Position numbers and translations under genes: made by a program. The notes under the pieces are model-generated. The model worked only from the letters and a program-made list of their open reading frames with translations. It did no database searches and was not told where the DNA came from. DNA of 64,000 bases, from assembly GCA_951406725.2 (NCBI GenBank), contig OX597825.1, positions 82,274,001 to 82,338,000 on the forward strand. Reading direction: 5' to 3'. The DNA is from Octopus vulgaris (taxonomy: Eukaryota). This document shows, one piece after another, positions 29,360 to 41,917 of the stretch (positions are counted from its first letter, which is position 1; every line of letters begins with the position of its first letter).

Positions 29360-29473
29360 ATATTTAGGAATGGTCATTTTGCCAGTTTAGCCAATAAAAA
29401 CACACGCACTATTTATTTGGTGTTACTTTGCTTCAGTGTTATTTATTTTTTACATTAATCTTAATCTTATTTC

Positions 29474-29518
29474 GGCCAGAGTTCTTTCGTCACACTCCTG
29501 TGACCGCATCAGTGGTCC
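29474..29518 (-). ncRNA. Hammerhead-like fold (A9C core variant)
   Basis: Reverse complement reads GGACCA CTGATGC G GTCACA-ggag-TGTGAC GAAA GAAC TC TGGCC; it lies in a short element next to (TA)n. Confidence 0.5.
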
Positions 29519-29901
29519 TTTGTTTTGAGTTGAGACTCCGCTGAAGTCGACTTTGCCTTTCATACTTCCGGGGTCAATAAACTAAGTACCAGTTAAACAC
29601 TGCGGTCGAATAATCAACTAGCTCCTCCACCACCAAATTTCAAAAAAAGTTGGCGAGCAGGCAGAATCGTTAGCTTAGCTGCATTTCGCATGTCTTAATG
29701 TTCTGAGCTCAAATTCCGCCGAGATCATCTTTAGCTTTCATCCTTCTGGGGTCGATAAAATAAGTACCAGTGAAGTACTGGGGGTCGATGTAATCTACTT
29801 ACCGTCTCTCCAAAATTACTGGCGTTGTGCAAAAATTTGAAATCAATATTTTTGAATAAGGTTGGGAAAAAAAGAATCATGTTGCAATAATGTTGAACAA
29901 T

Positions 29902-29942
<41 letters not shown>

Positions 29943-29950
29943 TGCAAACG

Positions 29951-29983
<33 letters not shown>

Positions 29984-30009
29984 ACACAATAACACACATA
30001 TACATCTTC

Positions 30010-30366
30010 GACACTCTGTCGGTTAGGATGACGAGAGACCCAGTTGATCCGATCAACAGAACAGCTCTCCACAGAAGCGTGTACCCTTAACATAGTTCTC
30101 AGGGAGATACAAACATGACACAGAGTGTTACAAGGCTGGCCCTTTGAAATACAGGTACAACAGAAACAAGAAGAAAGACTGAGAGAAAGTTGTAGTGAAA
30201 GAGTACGGCAGGGTTCACCACCAGCTCCTGTCGGAGTCTCGTGGAGCATTAGGCGTTTTCGCTGAATAAACACTCACAAAATCCGTTCTGGGAATCAAAA
30301 CCGCGAAACCGCAATCCTACGACCGCATGTCCGCTGCCCTATCCACCGGGCCCTTGCGCCTCCACT
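30010..30366 (-). mobile_element. SINE family C (tRNA-like head)
   Basis: Reverse complement matches 41190-41572. Confidence 0.85.
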
Positions 30367-30374
30367 ACACACAC

Positions 30375-30488
<114 letters not shown>

Positions 30489-30672
30489 TTAGAATATAAT
30501 ACTAAATATTTTATGTTACTTCAAGACACAGAAAACTACGTATATACATATGTATAGATAGACATACAAGCACATAATTGTATACTAGCATACATACATG
30601 CATAAATACATACATAACATATGAACATGCATATATCCATTAACATACGCAAATTCGTAGACATAAACATAT

Positions 30673-30725
<53 letters not shown>

Positions 30726-30729
<4 letters not shown>

Positions 30730-30915
30730 AATATGATGAGGGGTAGATGAAGATTCCCAGCTGGGAAGATTCTTGGCATGTCTTTAGGTAAACAGCCTCT
30801 GTCTCATCATCGACGTAAAACTGCGTCCGACTCTATAATATTTAACTCTCTCAGGCCCAATGCCTTAATGTCAGCAGAGTAATTATTAGTGATCGTGCGC
30901 GCAGTTATACATATA
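30726..30915. repeat. Second copy of the 28818-29006 duplicated segment
   Basis: Direct sequence identity. Confidence 0.92.
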
Positions 30916-30921
30916 TGTGTG

Positions 30922-30978
<57 letters not shown>

Positions 30979-30981
30979 ATA

Positions 30982-31012
<31 letters not shown>

Positions 31013-31453
31013 TACTTATATATATATATATACTTACTTATATATGTGTATGTACGTATACATTTATATATAGGTAAACATATATATATATGCATATGAA
31101 TATAAATGTATATACATATATAGTATATAAATAATATATACATATACAATATATATATTATATATATATAATATGCATATATATAATATAATATATATAT
31201 AATATACATATAATATAATATTTATATACAAATGTATATATATATATACATGCATACATACATTTATATATATATATATATATATATACGTACATAATAC
31301 ATACGTACACACACACTCACATACATATATATATATGTTATATTTATACCTAGGCATCTTTATATCTTTGCTTGCAAAAACCCTAATTCTGAAGGTTAAG
31401 TATAATTTTACATACCCCATGAGTATATACATGGCTGAGGTATATATCCTGCT

Positions 31454-31494
<41 letters not shown>

Positions 31495-31899
31495 TGTTGA
31501 AGCATATTTTCTGCTGATATTTCTCTGTCTACAAAATCCCTTCAAAATATACAAAATTATATCCCTTATGGTTGGAATAATAAATATGGTTTTCTCCTCC
31601 ACCATTCTTCCATTCTTAATTATGCCCACATGCAGATACACATGTTGGTGTGTATTTGTGTGTGTGTGTGTGTGTGTGCGCATGTAGCCGCGTGTGTATT
31701 TGAACGCATGTTCGCACACGTATATGAATGTGCTTGCATGTGTGTGTGTGTGTGTGTGTGTGTGGTAGGTTATCAGAGTGTTTTTGTTGTTTATTTAGTG
31801 GGTGTGTTTGTTGATGTTTGCAGTAGTGGTTTGATACGAACGTGTGTCAGTGTGGTTGTACGTTGGTGATTTAGAATATGCATGTATGTGTGTGTGTGT

Positions 31900-32340
31900 G
31901 TATGTTTGTGTGTGGTGTGTGTGTGTTTGTGTTAACGATTTGGATGTGTGTGTGTGTGTGTGACGTTGTTTTGGTGTGTCTCTGTATGCTGTTGTCTTGG
32001 TTTATGTGTATATTTGTCGGAATGTGCATGTGTGTGTATTTGCGTGTGTGCATGTTTGTGCATGTGTGTGCACGTGCGCGCGTGTGTGTGTCTGTGTGTT
32101 TGTTTTTGTTAACGATTTGGGGTGTGTGATATTTTGGTGTGTCTCTGTATGCTAGTAGTTTGGTTCGTGCGTATATTTGTCGGACTGTGCATGTGCGTGT
32201 GTGAATGTGTGTGCATGTGTGTATGTGTGGTGTGCGTGTGTTAACGATTTTGGGTGTGTGTGTTTTGTTGTTGTATTGGTGTGCCTGTATGCTAGTGTCT
32301 TGATTTGCGTGTGTATTTGTCGAAATGTGTGTGTGTGTCT
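31900..32340. repeat. Three-copy degenerate TG-rich tandem repeat (unit ~130-180 bp)
   Basis: Anchors TTAACGATTT (~31932, ~32109, ~32241), GGTGTG..CTGTATGCT and ATTTGTCG recur in order three times. Confidence 0.8.
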
Positions 32341-33122
32341 TGGTGCTCGATATATCTACGTTTGTTTCGAACAGTAATGTTACGGTAGCCAAAAGAGGTA
32401 GTCGGCATCTCTGATCCAGCTAATCTCTTTCAAATCTGATGAGGTCAGTACGGCCAATATTCAGTTTTACAAATTGTCTGTTGTTGAGTGAAGAATGCAT
32501 TGGTTAAGTACTCGAATCGAAAGAGCATTAACTGCGATATATATTATCTGGCTGCTTACTTTTAGAATTCAAATCTTGATGGATTCACCTCCGTCTTTCA
32601 CCACCCTAAGGTTACCAACATAAAATGCCACTTAGTTTGAGGCGGATTTTTGGAATTGTTTTAAGGTCCTTAACCATTTTGTTCCGTTACACTACTTAGT
32701 TATGTACCAAAATCACCGCTGAACCCCGTTTGTGTGCCACGCCTTTCCTGTCCTCTCCAAATTCTCTGGCACTCCATTCATATCTGAACCGTAAATTGTG
32801 TCATAGTAAAATGTAAGAATAAAAACTTAAATTTCTTTTATGTTCGTAAATAAATGATATTTATTACAACCATTTAAATTATATTACATTACTTCAGCTG
32901 AAATCTTGATAAAGAATTTAAAGCGTATTATTGACACATTTTCTGGGAAGTGTGTCCCTGATGCTTTTGACAAATTCCGGCAATCCGGGGCCAAATACCC
33001 GACACTCAGATTCCCAAATATTCCTTGGTGCTTTATTTTTGCCACAAGTGTAAGTCTTTTCTTTTGGTTTTTTTTTTCGTTTCTTTTCGTTTGTATATAT
33101 TTGTTATTTTAAATGTATGTGA

Positions 33123-33175
<53 letters not shown>

Positions 33176-34047
33176 TGTATACACACACACACATACACAC
33201 ACACACACACACATATATATATACACACATATATATATAAAGCCTAAAATCCGTGTTCACACTGGCAGGATATCAGGGACAAACTTCCAGAAAATGTATA
33301 TATATATATATATTGAGCTGAGAATCCGTGTTCACACCGGCAGGATATTGGGAACTGAAGCAAAGCCACAAATGTTTTCTTTCCCTCTTGTCTGCTGATA
33401 ATCTGGGCACTGTCGAGGGAGCAAACCTTCGAGAGTAATTCTGCAGGGCGGGGTGAGATAGCTTTTGTATCCACTCGTTGGGGAGGGGGGTACTACACAT
33501 CAAATATTTACGGTATTTCTTGCATTCCCAGGTCCTATCCTAGATCTCCAGTTCCCTCCTGAAATTCTTCGCATCCGTTTTTGAATTTTACTCTCTCCCC
33601 TAGAATCTCCGGATCTCTCCTTTAATCTCCTCGCCTCTCCTCTGATCTCCAGATCCTTCCGTGGATCTCTGGGTCCCACTTCAAATGTGTAGATTCCTCC
33701 ACAATCTCCGAGTTCCTGTTTAAGTTTCAAAATCTCTCTGTTGATTAATCGGTGCCTTCTCGAATCTCTGAATCCCTTTGATCTCTGGCCCTTCCTTGAC
33801 TCTCGGGAGCCCAGATCAACATACAAACGAATCCTCTCTGTCATAAAGGAGTGAAATTTCTTTAAACATCATTTTTTAGTTTTGCGATTAGTCTTCGTAT
33901 CCTCAAGTGCTTCAGGTCTTTTTAAGTTCGAAGTCCTTCATGGCCATGTTTATGTACAGAAAACTCAACTTGATTGCAACCCAGGAAATGAACAATTCAT
34001 CCAGTTTAGATATTATTTCAACAGAATTACCATTTTTCCCCCGGTCA

Positions 34048-34190
34048 GAAGAAGAAGAAGAAGAAGAAGAAGAAGAAGAAGAAGAAGAAGAAGAAGAAGG
34101 AGGAGGAGGAGGAGCAGAAGAAGAAGAAGAAGAAGAAGAAGAAGAAGAAGAAGAAGAAGAAGAAGAAGAAGAAGAAGAAGAAGAAGAAGA
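34048..34190. repeat. (GAA)n/(GGA)n polypurine microsatellite
   Basis: Read directly from the sequence. Confidence 0.97.
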
Positions 34191-34925
34191 GAATGTCAGC
34201 CGATGTCTTTAGAATAAAGTTTAAAATTCTCTTTGTTTAATTTCTGTCCGCGAGCGAAATACCCTGGTTGTGCCTTTTCCACACCAGTTAACTTCGAGCG
34301 AAAGATAAGATTAAAAATAGTTATTTCTCCACTAGGAACAAGGCTTTAATATACGTACAATAATAGAGACTAGCATCCCTAAAATTTATATTGAGTTGAA
34401 GAAATAATAGACCGAGAGCAAGTCCTGATTTGATTAGGCTTGAAGCTCCAAAACACTGGCAAGGCAAAATATGTGTACAAATGGTCCTAATACCATGAAA
34501 CGGGATTCTTAAGTATGCTTAGGTATGGATTAATTAAATATGAGATAATCAACTTGCGTAAATAACTAATGTTATTAGACTTTAAGCTCCAGTAATGAAT
34601 CACATTGAATATTACTCCTTAGAAACAAGTAATACTTAAATGAAAACTTAAGAAAAAAAAACGGGTATGGAAAAACAAATTAAGAAGTTTTAATAAGACA
34701 CGTAATTAGGAATTAATTAGACTTTTTGCTCCAGCGTCAATTACTTCGCAGAAATGTTCACTAAACCCAACTGAATCTATTCACGTCACTTAAGAATCTA
34801 TTCACGTCACTTAAGAAACATTTTAGGTCCATACCTAAAGTGTTTCTAATTTAAGAAGCATTTTCTACTAATCACTATACACTAATTAAGGAGAAATATA
34901 CAGAAACACTGTTTTCAAGCTACGT

Positions 34926-35407
34926 CATGAATGCAGCATAGAAAGATGTCTTAGTCCCAAAACGTGTTTTGACAAGGTGCCAAATACGGCAAGGCAAGGT
35001 GCCAAACAGATCTCGAGCTGATCTACCATCCATGCACTGGTGAGGAGAGTGCACTTCCGGTGGGCAGTTCCGGTGGGCAGGCCACGTTGTTCGAATGCCT
35101 GGAACGCGACTCTCCAAGAGATTCTCTTTCCGCGGACTGGCGAGCACGAGCAAGGTGGACGGAAAAAACGTGCCAAGGACACACTCAAAGCATTGATGAA
35201 GAGGTAAAAAGAAATCCTGGGGCACAATGAAATCACGAATTGTGGATATCCGGAATCAATTCCTTCCCTTCAGTCCCAAAAACCATCAGTGTCTGACTTC
35301 CGGCAGAGCCTTCTGAGCCGGCATCGGACTGACCGTCCACAGCCAGACACACCATCTTTTTCTCCCATGTGATATTCTTCGTCATCGTCGACAACGACGG
35401 ACGAACT
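34926..35407 (+). mobile_element. RTE-clade LINE 3' relic
   Basis: FRWAGHVVRMPGTRLSKR...GGRKKRAKDTLKALMK, then a decayed C2H2-like CLTSGRAF*AGIGLTVHSQTH and the tail CGACGGACGAAC. Confidence 0.8.
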
Positions 35408-35578
35408 AATATATCTAATTAATACTGATTTCAAATTTTGGCATAAGGCTAGCAAATCCGGGTAGGAATAAATCGATTACATCGATCTCAGTGTTTAACT
35501 GGAATTATCAGCCACACTGATGGATAAAAATTCTTTAATTCATGGGCTAATTCATGTTAACAGAAATCCCTCAACAAA

Positions 35579-35810
35579 AGGCGGCGAGCTGGTAGAAACG
35601 TTAGCACGCCGGGCGAGATGCCTAGCGGTATTTCGTCTGCCCTTACGTCCTGAGTTGAAATTCCGCCGAGGTCGACTTTGCCTTTCATCCTTTCGGGGTC
35701 GATAAATTAAGCACCAGCTACGCACTGGGGTCGATGTAATCGACTTAATTCATTTGTCTGTCCTTGTTTATCCCCTCTTTGTTTAGCCCCTTGTGGTCAA
35801 TAAAGAAATA
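35579..35810 (+). mobile_element. Full-length SINE family A with 16-bp TSD
   Basis: AGAAATCCCTCAACAA occurs at 35562-35577 and 35811-35826. Confidence 0.92.
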
Positions 35811-36660
35811 AGAAATCCCTCAACAAGTCGTTCACGGCGGGATTTGAACTCAGAACGTAAAGACGGGCGAAATGCCCGGCGTGCTAACGATTCTGCCAGC
35901 TTACCGCCTTCTATTATCTAAATAATGCTGAAACACTTTAAAAACACGAATTTCTGGGCCGGTTTCTCAATTTGCTGGGTTAACGAGGTTTCACCTGGAG
36001 AATAACTTGGTGTTATAAATTGAAGCTAAAGAATACGTAGAACTGTCGGGGCTGGATGAAAGACTTTGGTGGAATTATTCCTGCTGATAATGGCAACCAG
36101 AGTAAGAGGAAGTGGTCGTGCTAATTAGATAATAAATGAGCAAAGCAAACCTTTCCTGCACCACCTACGACTGCTGTTGTGTCTGACCTAGTGAGAGGCG
36201 GAAAAGCAACACCCATGAATCTTCTCAGGGCTTCCGAGTCACGTGATAGTGGAGAAAGAGAGGAAGGAACCGTGACGTGTGTATGAATGGTTGTTACTAT
36301 CATTAGATCGGAGACGGTAGTGGAGGTGGGGGATGGTTGCAGCAGGGATTAGGAGAAGTAATGGTGCCGGCGGTGATGGGTTTTAGAACGGGGTCGGGGG
36401 ATGGATTAAGCTTCAATCACTATTGATTCTACGCGTCGTATGAAAACAAATCGATAATTGTCAGATCAACAAGTAAAAGTTAATCTGTATCTGTAGAATA
36501 AATATTTCGGCTGTGTAGTAAGAAGCTTGTTTCCCAACCATATGAATCCTGGTTCAGTCCCGCTGCACGCCCCCCTGGACAAGAGTTTTCTGCTGTAGCT
36601 TCGGGTCACAAAAACCTTAAGAAGGGATCTGGTAAACTAAAAGAAGCCTTTCGTATATAT

Positions 36661-36750
<90 letters not shown>

Positions 36751-37024
36751 ATATATATATATATATATATTTAAAATAATAATGGTGAAAAATTGAATAT
36801 TAACTTGATTAATATCAATTTAAAATCAGGGTTCTAGCATATTTAAAACTCTGAAGTTGCAGAAAAATTATATTACATACATATAAGAGGAATGACCACT
36901 AAGTGGACATCCATTATGCTAGAAGAAGATCCGCTATGGTCTAACCAGTAAGAAACGAATGTTCTCAAGAAAATTTAGCAAACGCCTGAACGTAAGTGAG
37001 CAAGACTAATGAAAAGATACAAAA

Positions 37025-37414
37025 CCTCTATATATGTAAAGCTGAAGTTGTCTGTGTATGACAGGTTTGGTAGCCTTCAACTAACGCTATCTCCTCCGAG
37101 ACCCTGCGGCGCAAGTTGACCAAAATTGAGAGTATGATAGAAGAAGGCTTGCTCTTCCTTCCGTAGAACAAAAATTCAAATCGGACCATGTTAACACCAA
37201 AAATTATTTACATCAACAAGGTGCTTTTTTCTATCAAAATCCCTATTTTTGACGATCTTTTGACTGCTGTGTCGCCATTTGTCGGTGTATTTCAACCAGA
37301 AAAATGTTCACTTAAAGAGAATAACAAGCTACATAATGCAAAAGTTTTACTTTTCAAAAATTCCAATTCTAAAGGGTCGAAACAAACCCGGGCAACGCCG
37401 GACGATATTGCTAG
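37025..37414 (+). mobile_element. Non-autonomous Helitron-like element
   Basis: 3' CCCGGGCAACGCCGGACGATATTGCTAG|T. Both ends are shared with 11664-12056, but the interior differs. Confidence 0.72.
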
Positions 37415-38108
37415 TATAGATTAATCACAAACCAGATTTCGTTGTTGATGTTTACGTAATCATTTACGTAATCATCCGCAGACTACAATTCTTCGAGCTG
37501 GTGCCCCAGCATGGCCGCAATTTAATGACTGAAATTAGTTCGTATAACAAAAAACAAAAATAAGGAAAAACTAAAGGAAAAAAACCCAACCGAACATGAT
37601 ACAGTTGCACCGACGGCGACGATGACTCATACATCGTAATACCGTTTCAATGTCTGAAGTTTCAGTCATTATGCTTATTGCATTGCGTCATTAAAGACTT
37701 TTAAGATGGACGCTCTCTGTCTGTCTTTTTCTTTATTTTAGCTAGATACCATATAAAAGAAAAAAAACACCCTTATCTTATTGCATTGCTTTGAAACAAG
37801 TCTTTGCTGACACATGTAATAAGATGCGTACCTCCCAAATCAACTCCTTCCTGTCAATACAAGATATTTCCATTATTTTTCTCCTCTCTATTTTTATTAT
37901 AAAACTCTTTTTAGGTCGCCATAACATTGCATTTTTATATAAGACATGTTACGTCAGCCGCTTGATCGAGAATATTCTCCTGGTTTCTCTGCCGCTTCTT
38001 TGCTAACGTTTCTGCCAGCTCGCCGCCTTAGGAAATAGAATTAAATATTATTCCATGCTTTCCATGTATGTGCTTTTCATTGGGCCACAGCCATATTTCT
38101 GTGTGCGT

Positions 38109-38152
<44 letters not shown>

Positions 38153-38589
38153 AAGGAAACGTGACATTATGAGGTGGAATCAATGTTATTGAAATGATAG
38201 GAACACAAAAATATACAACCCAACTTTCAAGAAGACGACTGCTATCACGACCACCACGACCACGACCACCACCACCACCTCCACCACTACCACCACCACC
38301 ACCACCACCACCATCAGCATCAACACTACCGCTACCTTCACTCTGCATCTTCACCATCACCACCACCACCACCACTACCACCACCACCATAAAAGACCAC
38401 TACAAGCATCACTGCAATCACAGCCGACACAATCTCCACTACGACAGCCACCACACCACCATTTTCACCAGCCCCCCCTCACCACAATCGCCGTCACCAC
38501 GACTATCGCGACGGCGACGACGTCGGCGACAAGCACTATCAGTAGCACTCCACCCGCACCAGCGCCACTAACCTCTCACACCCTCCAAT

Positions 38590-39300
38590 ACCTTCAGCAC
38601 CGGTCTCACCGGAGTCACCAGCGTCACCTCCTCCGGCAATATCGCCACCGTTACCTCCACCTGCTGCATTGCCGGCGCCACCTCCTCCAGCACTACCGCT
38701 ACCAGCCCGACCTCCACCGGCATTTCCACCACCGGCGCCACCCCCTCCGGCACTACCGCTACCAGTGCCACCTCCTCCGGCACTGTCATCACCGGCGTCA
38801 CCTCCTCCAGCACTACCTCCACCGGCGTCATCTCCTCCGGCAATATCGCCACCGGTACCTCCACCTGCGGCATTGCCACCACCGGCGCCACCTCCTCCAG
38901 CACTACCGCTACCAGCACCACCGCCTCCGGCACTTCCACCACCGGCGCCACCCCCTCCGGCACTACCGCTACCAGCACCACCGCCTCCGGTACTGCCACC
39001 ACCGGCGCCACCTCCTCCAGCACTACCGCTACCAGCACCACCGCCTCCGGTACTGCCACCACCGGTGTCACCTCCTCCGCACTACCCCCACCGGCGTCAC
39101 CATCTGCGACATTTCCACCACCGGCGCCACCTCCTCTAGCACTACAACTACCAGCCCCACCCTCCTCCGGTACTGTCACAACCGGCGTCACCACCTCCTG
39201 CACTGCCCCCACCGGCTCCACCGTCGTCACCACCGCCGGCCCCACCGTCGCCACCACCACTGTCTGTACCACCACCGCCGTCGCCGTCCCCCACCCCCGC
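38590..39300. repeat. GC-rich 30-bp minisatellite with 60-bp higher-order unit; potential Pro-rich (+) or Gly-rich (-) coding exon or relic
   Basis: Units ACCGGCGCCACCTCCTCCAGCACTACCGCT and ACCAGCACCACCGCCTCCGGTACTGCCACC alternate. The ORF 38669-39139 encodes (PPPPALPLPA)-type decamers. Confidence 0.85.
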
Positions 39301-39621
39301 CGTCCTCCGCCGCCGTTTTCTACTAGAAGCAGATTCAGTTGTCTTTCCTCTGCAAGAGTGTGCGGTGTGTAATTAAAGCTTCTCTACGCCGTCCAAGTGG
39401 CAGACATTAAGTGGGGCCTTTTTAGAAACGTGGAAGCGACTCCTGAAAGACTCCAAGAGCGTCATCCGCTTCGCTGAAAGAACACAGGCGAAAAAAAGAG
39501 AAGTGCGAAGGAGTTGGTGAACAACAACAACAAGAACAACAACAACAACAAAGAACAGCAATTGCAACAGCAGCAACGATGACGACGACGACGACGACGA
39601 TGACAATGACAACAGCAGCAA

Positions 39622-39653
<32 letters not shown>

Positions 39654-39732
39654 AGTACAACGGAAACAACTTCAAGAAAGAGAGGTAAGTGGTAGTAGGA
39701 GGTGAGTATATAGAATGTGCAGCAACAGGCGC

Positions 39733-39735
39733 AGT

Positions 39736-39812
<77 letters not shown>

Positions 39813-39837
39813 CAGCAGCAGTAGTAGTAGTAGTAGC

Positions 39838-39875
<38 letters not shown>

Positions 39876-39876
39876 C

Positions 39877-39935
<59 letters not shown>

Positions 39936-39954
39936 CAGCAGCAGCAGCAGTAGC

Positions 39955-39992
<38 letters not shown>

Positions 39993-40002
39993 CAGCAGCA
40001 GC

Positions 40003-40070
<68 letters not shown>
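39733..40070. repeat. (AGT)n/(AGC)n microsatellite, ~340 bp
   Basis: Read directly; this is the source of the 312-aa and 319-aa ORFs. Confidence 0.98.
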
Positions 40071-40073
<3 letters not shown>

Positions 40074-40724
40074 AAGAAGAAGGAGGAGGAGGAGGAGGAG
40101 GAAAAGAAGTAGCAGAAAACCGAAAAAAAAGGTAAAGGAAACGTTGGAATAAAGAATAATAATGAAGAAAAAGAAAGAGAAAATGAAAAAAAATGGTTAA
40201 AGGAGAAGGAAGTGAGAGGGAAAAAAGCGAAGAAGAAGAAGAAGACTCTATGAAAGAAAAGAAAACAACGTAAAGGAAACAGGAAAACGAAATTGAAGAA
40301 TGAATGCAGGAAGAATTCTTTGTTGGCTGCACTTATTTGCAGTTCCAGGTTACGTAACATTGTCTCTGTTATACGTTTGCGAAGGCGCGTATCTTAGAGG
40401 TACACGATCTCAAAATTGAGGTTTTGATTCCTGTTCCCGGTGGTGAATTTGTATTCTTGAGTAAAGCACTTCATTTCACGTTGCTCCAGGCCAGATCAAG
40501 CCTTTAATGTGTAAATGAGTAAACCCAACGACGAACAGGCGAACGGTGCTGTTGGTGTGCTGCGATTTCTCATTTAGAAGCATGGAAATCGTGTGACCGA
40601 TTCTATGAGGACAGTCATGTCCAGGGGGTCTTTATAAGTTCTTACTGTATTACATATGTGAAACCCTGTCGCGAGTGATTTCGTCTGTCCAACTGAATTG
40701 AACAGCTTGGCCATCAAGACCTTT

Positions 40725-40788
40725 CACTGAGGGGATTGAATTAAATCGAAACCCCAGTTGGTTTCGATTTCATTCGTACTCCTCAGTG
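40725..40788. other. 64-nt imperfect hairpin (pre-miRNA-like geometry)
   Basis: 29-nt arms with 26 of 29 positions paired on the + strand (2 G-U), only symmetric mismatches, and a 6-nt loop. Confidence 0.6.
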
Positions 40789-41189
40789 TCGATATTTTTT
40801 ATTTACCCTCTTCATTAGTTCTCTTTAAAGATGCGCTCCATTTTGCTCCATAATTGTTATTTCCCGTATAGACGTTTTCCTTACTACTATTATTGGAGTA
40901 ATAACCTAACCATTAAGCCACGCGCCTTCATATAACATATATAATACTGTCGCATGGCTCACTGGTTAGAGCGTCGGGTTGGCAATCATGAGATAGTGAG
41001 TTCGATTCCCGCACCGGGATGTGCGTTGTGTTCTCAAGCAAGACACTATTTCACGTTGCTTCAGTTCACTCAACTGTAGAAATGAGACCATCTTTCTTTC
41101 TCTCCGAACTTTTCCTCTTTCTGCCGAAGACCCATGATGGGAACGTTACACCCCCACCAACTTCTTTTAAACTGAGTGTTAACCTAATA

Positions 41190-41572
41190 TTGGAGGCGCA
41201 ATAGCCCAGTGGTTAGGGCAGCGGACTCGCGGTCGTAGGATCGTGGTTTCGATTCCCAGACCGGGCGTTGTGAGTGTTTATTGAGTGAAAACACCTAAAA
41301 GCTCCACGAGGCTCCGACAGGGGATGGTGGTGAACCCTGCTGTACTCTTTCACCACAACTTTCTCTCACTCTTACTTCCTGTTTCTGTTGTACCTGTATT
41401 TCAAGGGGCCGGCCTTGTCACTCTCTGTGTCACGCTGAATATCCCCGAGAACTACGTTAAGGGTACACGTGTCTGTGGAGTGCTCAGCCACTTACACGTT
41501 AATTTCACGAGCAGGCTGTTCCGTTGATCGGATCAACCGGAACCCTCGTCGTCGTAACCGACGGAGTGCTTC
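41190..41572 (+). mobile_element. Full-length SINE family C
   Basis: tRNA-like head with A-box (TAGCCCAGTGG) and B-box (GTTTCGATTCC). Other copies at 30010(-), 56402(+) and 58417(-). Confidence 0.9.
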
Positions 41573-41653
41573 CCCTAACCTAATATTTATTTACTGTGTA
41601 CGCCCTATTGGTTTTTGTTGTTTGTTTTCGTTTTTATTCTTGAGTTGCCTATA

Positions 41654-41873
41654 TACGAGGCGGGTTGAAAAGTACCTGGCTTTGGGTAAAAGAAAATACA
41701 GAAAGATCAGTTAATTATGATTTTATCCAACATATTCCCCTCTCAGATTCACACACTTATTTCAGCGGCCCTTCAGTTTTTCTAAGCCCCGTAAAAGAAC
41801 TCGGAAGGTTGGGCGTCCAACCAAGACTTTTGCGACGCTCTTAAAGCCAGGAACTTTTCAGCACCCACTCGTA
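41654..41873. mobile_element. mariner-derived MITE
   Basis: TIRs TACGAGGCGGGTTGAAAAGTACCTGGCTTT and AAAGCCAGGAACTTTTCAGCACCCACTCGTA, TA ends, and an internal remnant of the transposase C-terminus (minus strand RGEYVG*). Confidence 0.85.

Positions 41874-41917
<44 letters not shown>

Noticed and set aside
32435-32465. CTGATGA-GGTC-agtac-GGCC hammerhead-like start
   Set aside because: GAAA is replaced by AATA, and there is no helix I/III or NUH site.
34773-34817. 21-bp tandem duplication GAATCTATTCACGTCACTTAA
   Set aside because: Simple two-copy slippage duplication with no further structure.
37431-37502. Minus-strand hammerhead-like remnant (similar partial motifs at 2078-2140, 13921-13940 and 41120-41150)
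   Set aside because: Core or helix III is incomplete. These may be decayed members of the ribozyme-element families but cannot be supported individually.
41190-41265. tRNA-like sequences with A and B boxes (also 16965-17037, 49255-49329, 56402-56475)
   Set aside because: They are SINE heads continuing into SINE bodies; I could not fold them into a proper cloverleaf with an acceptor stem.
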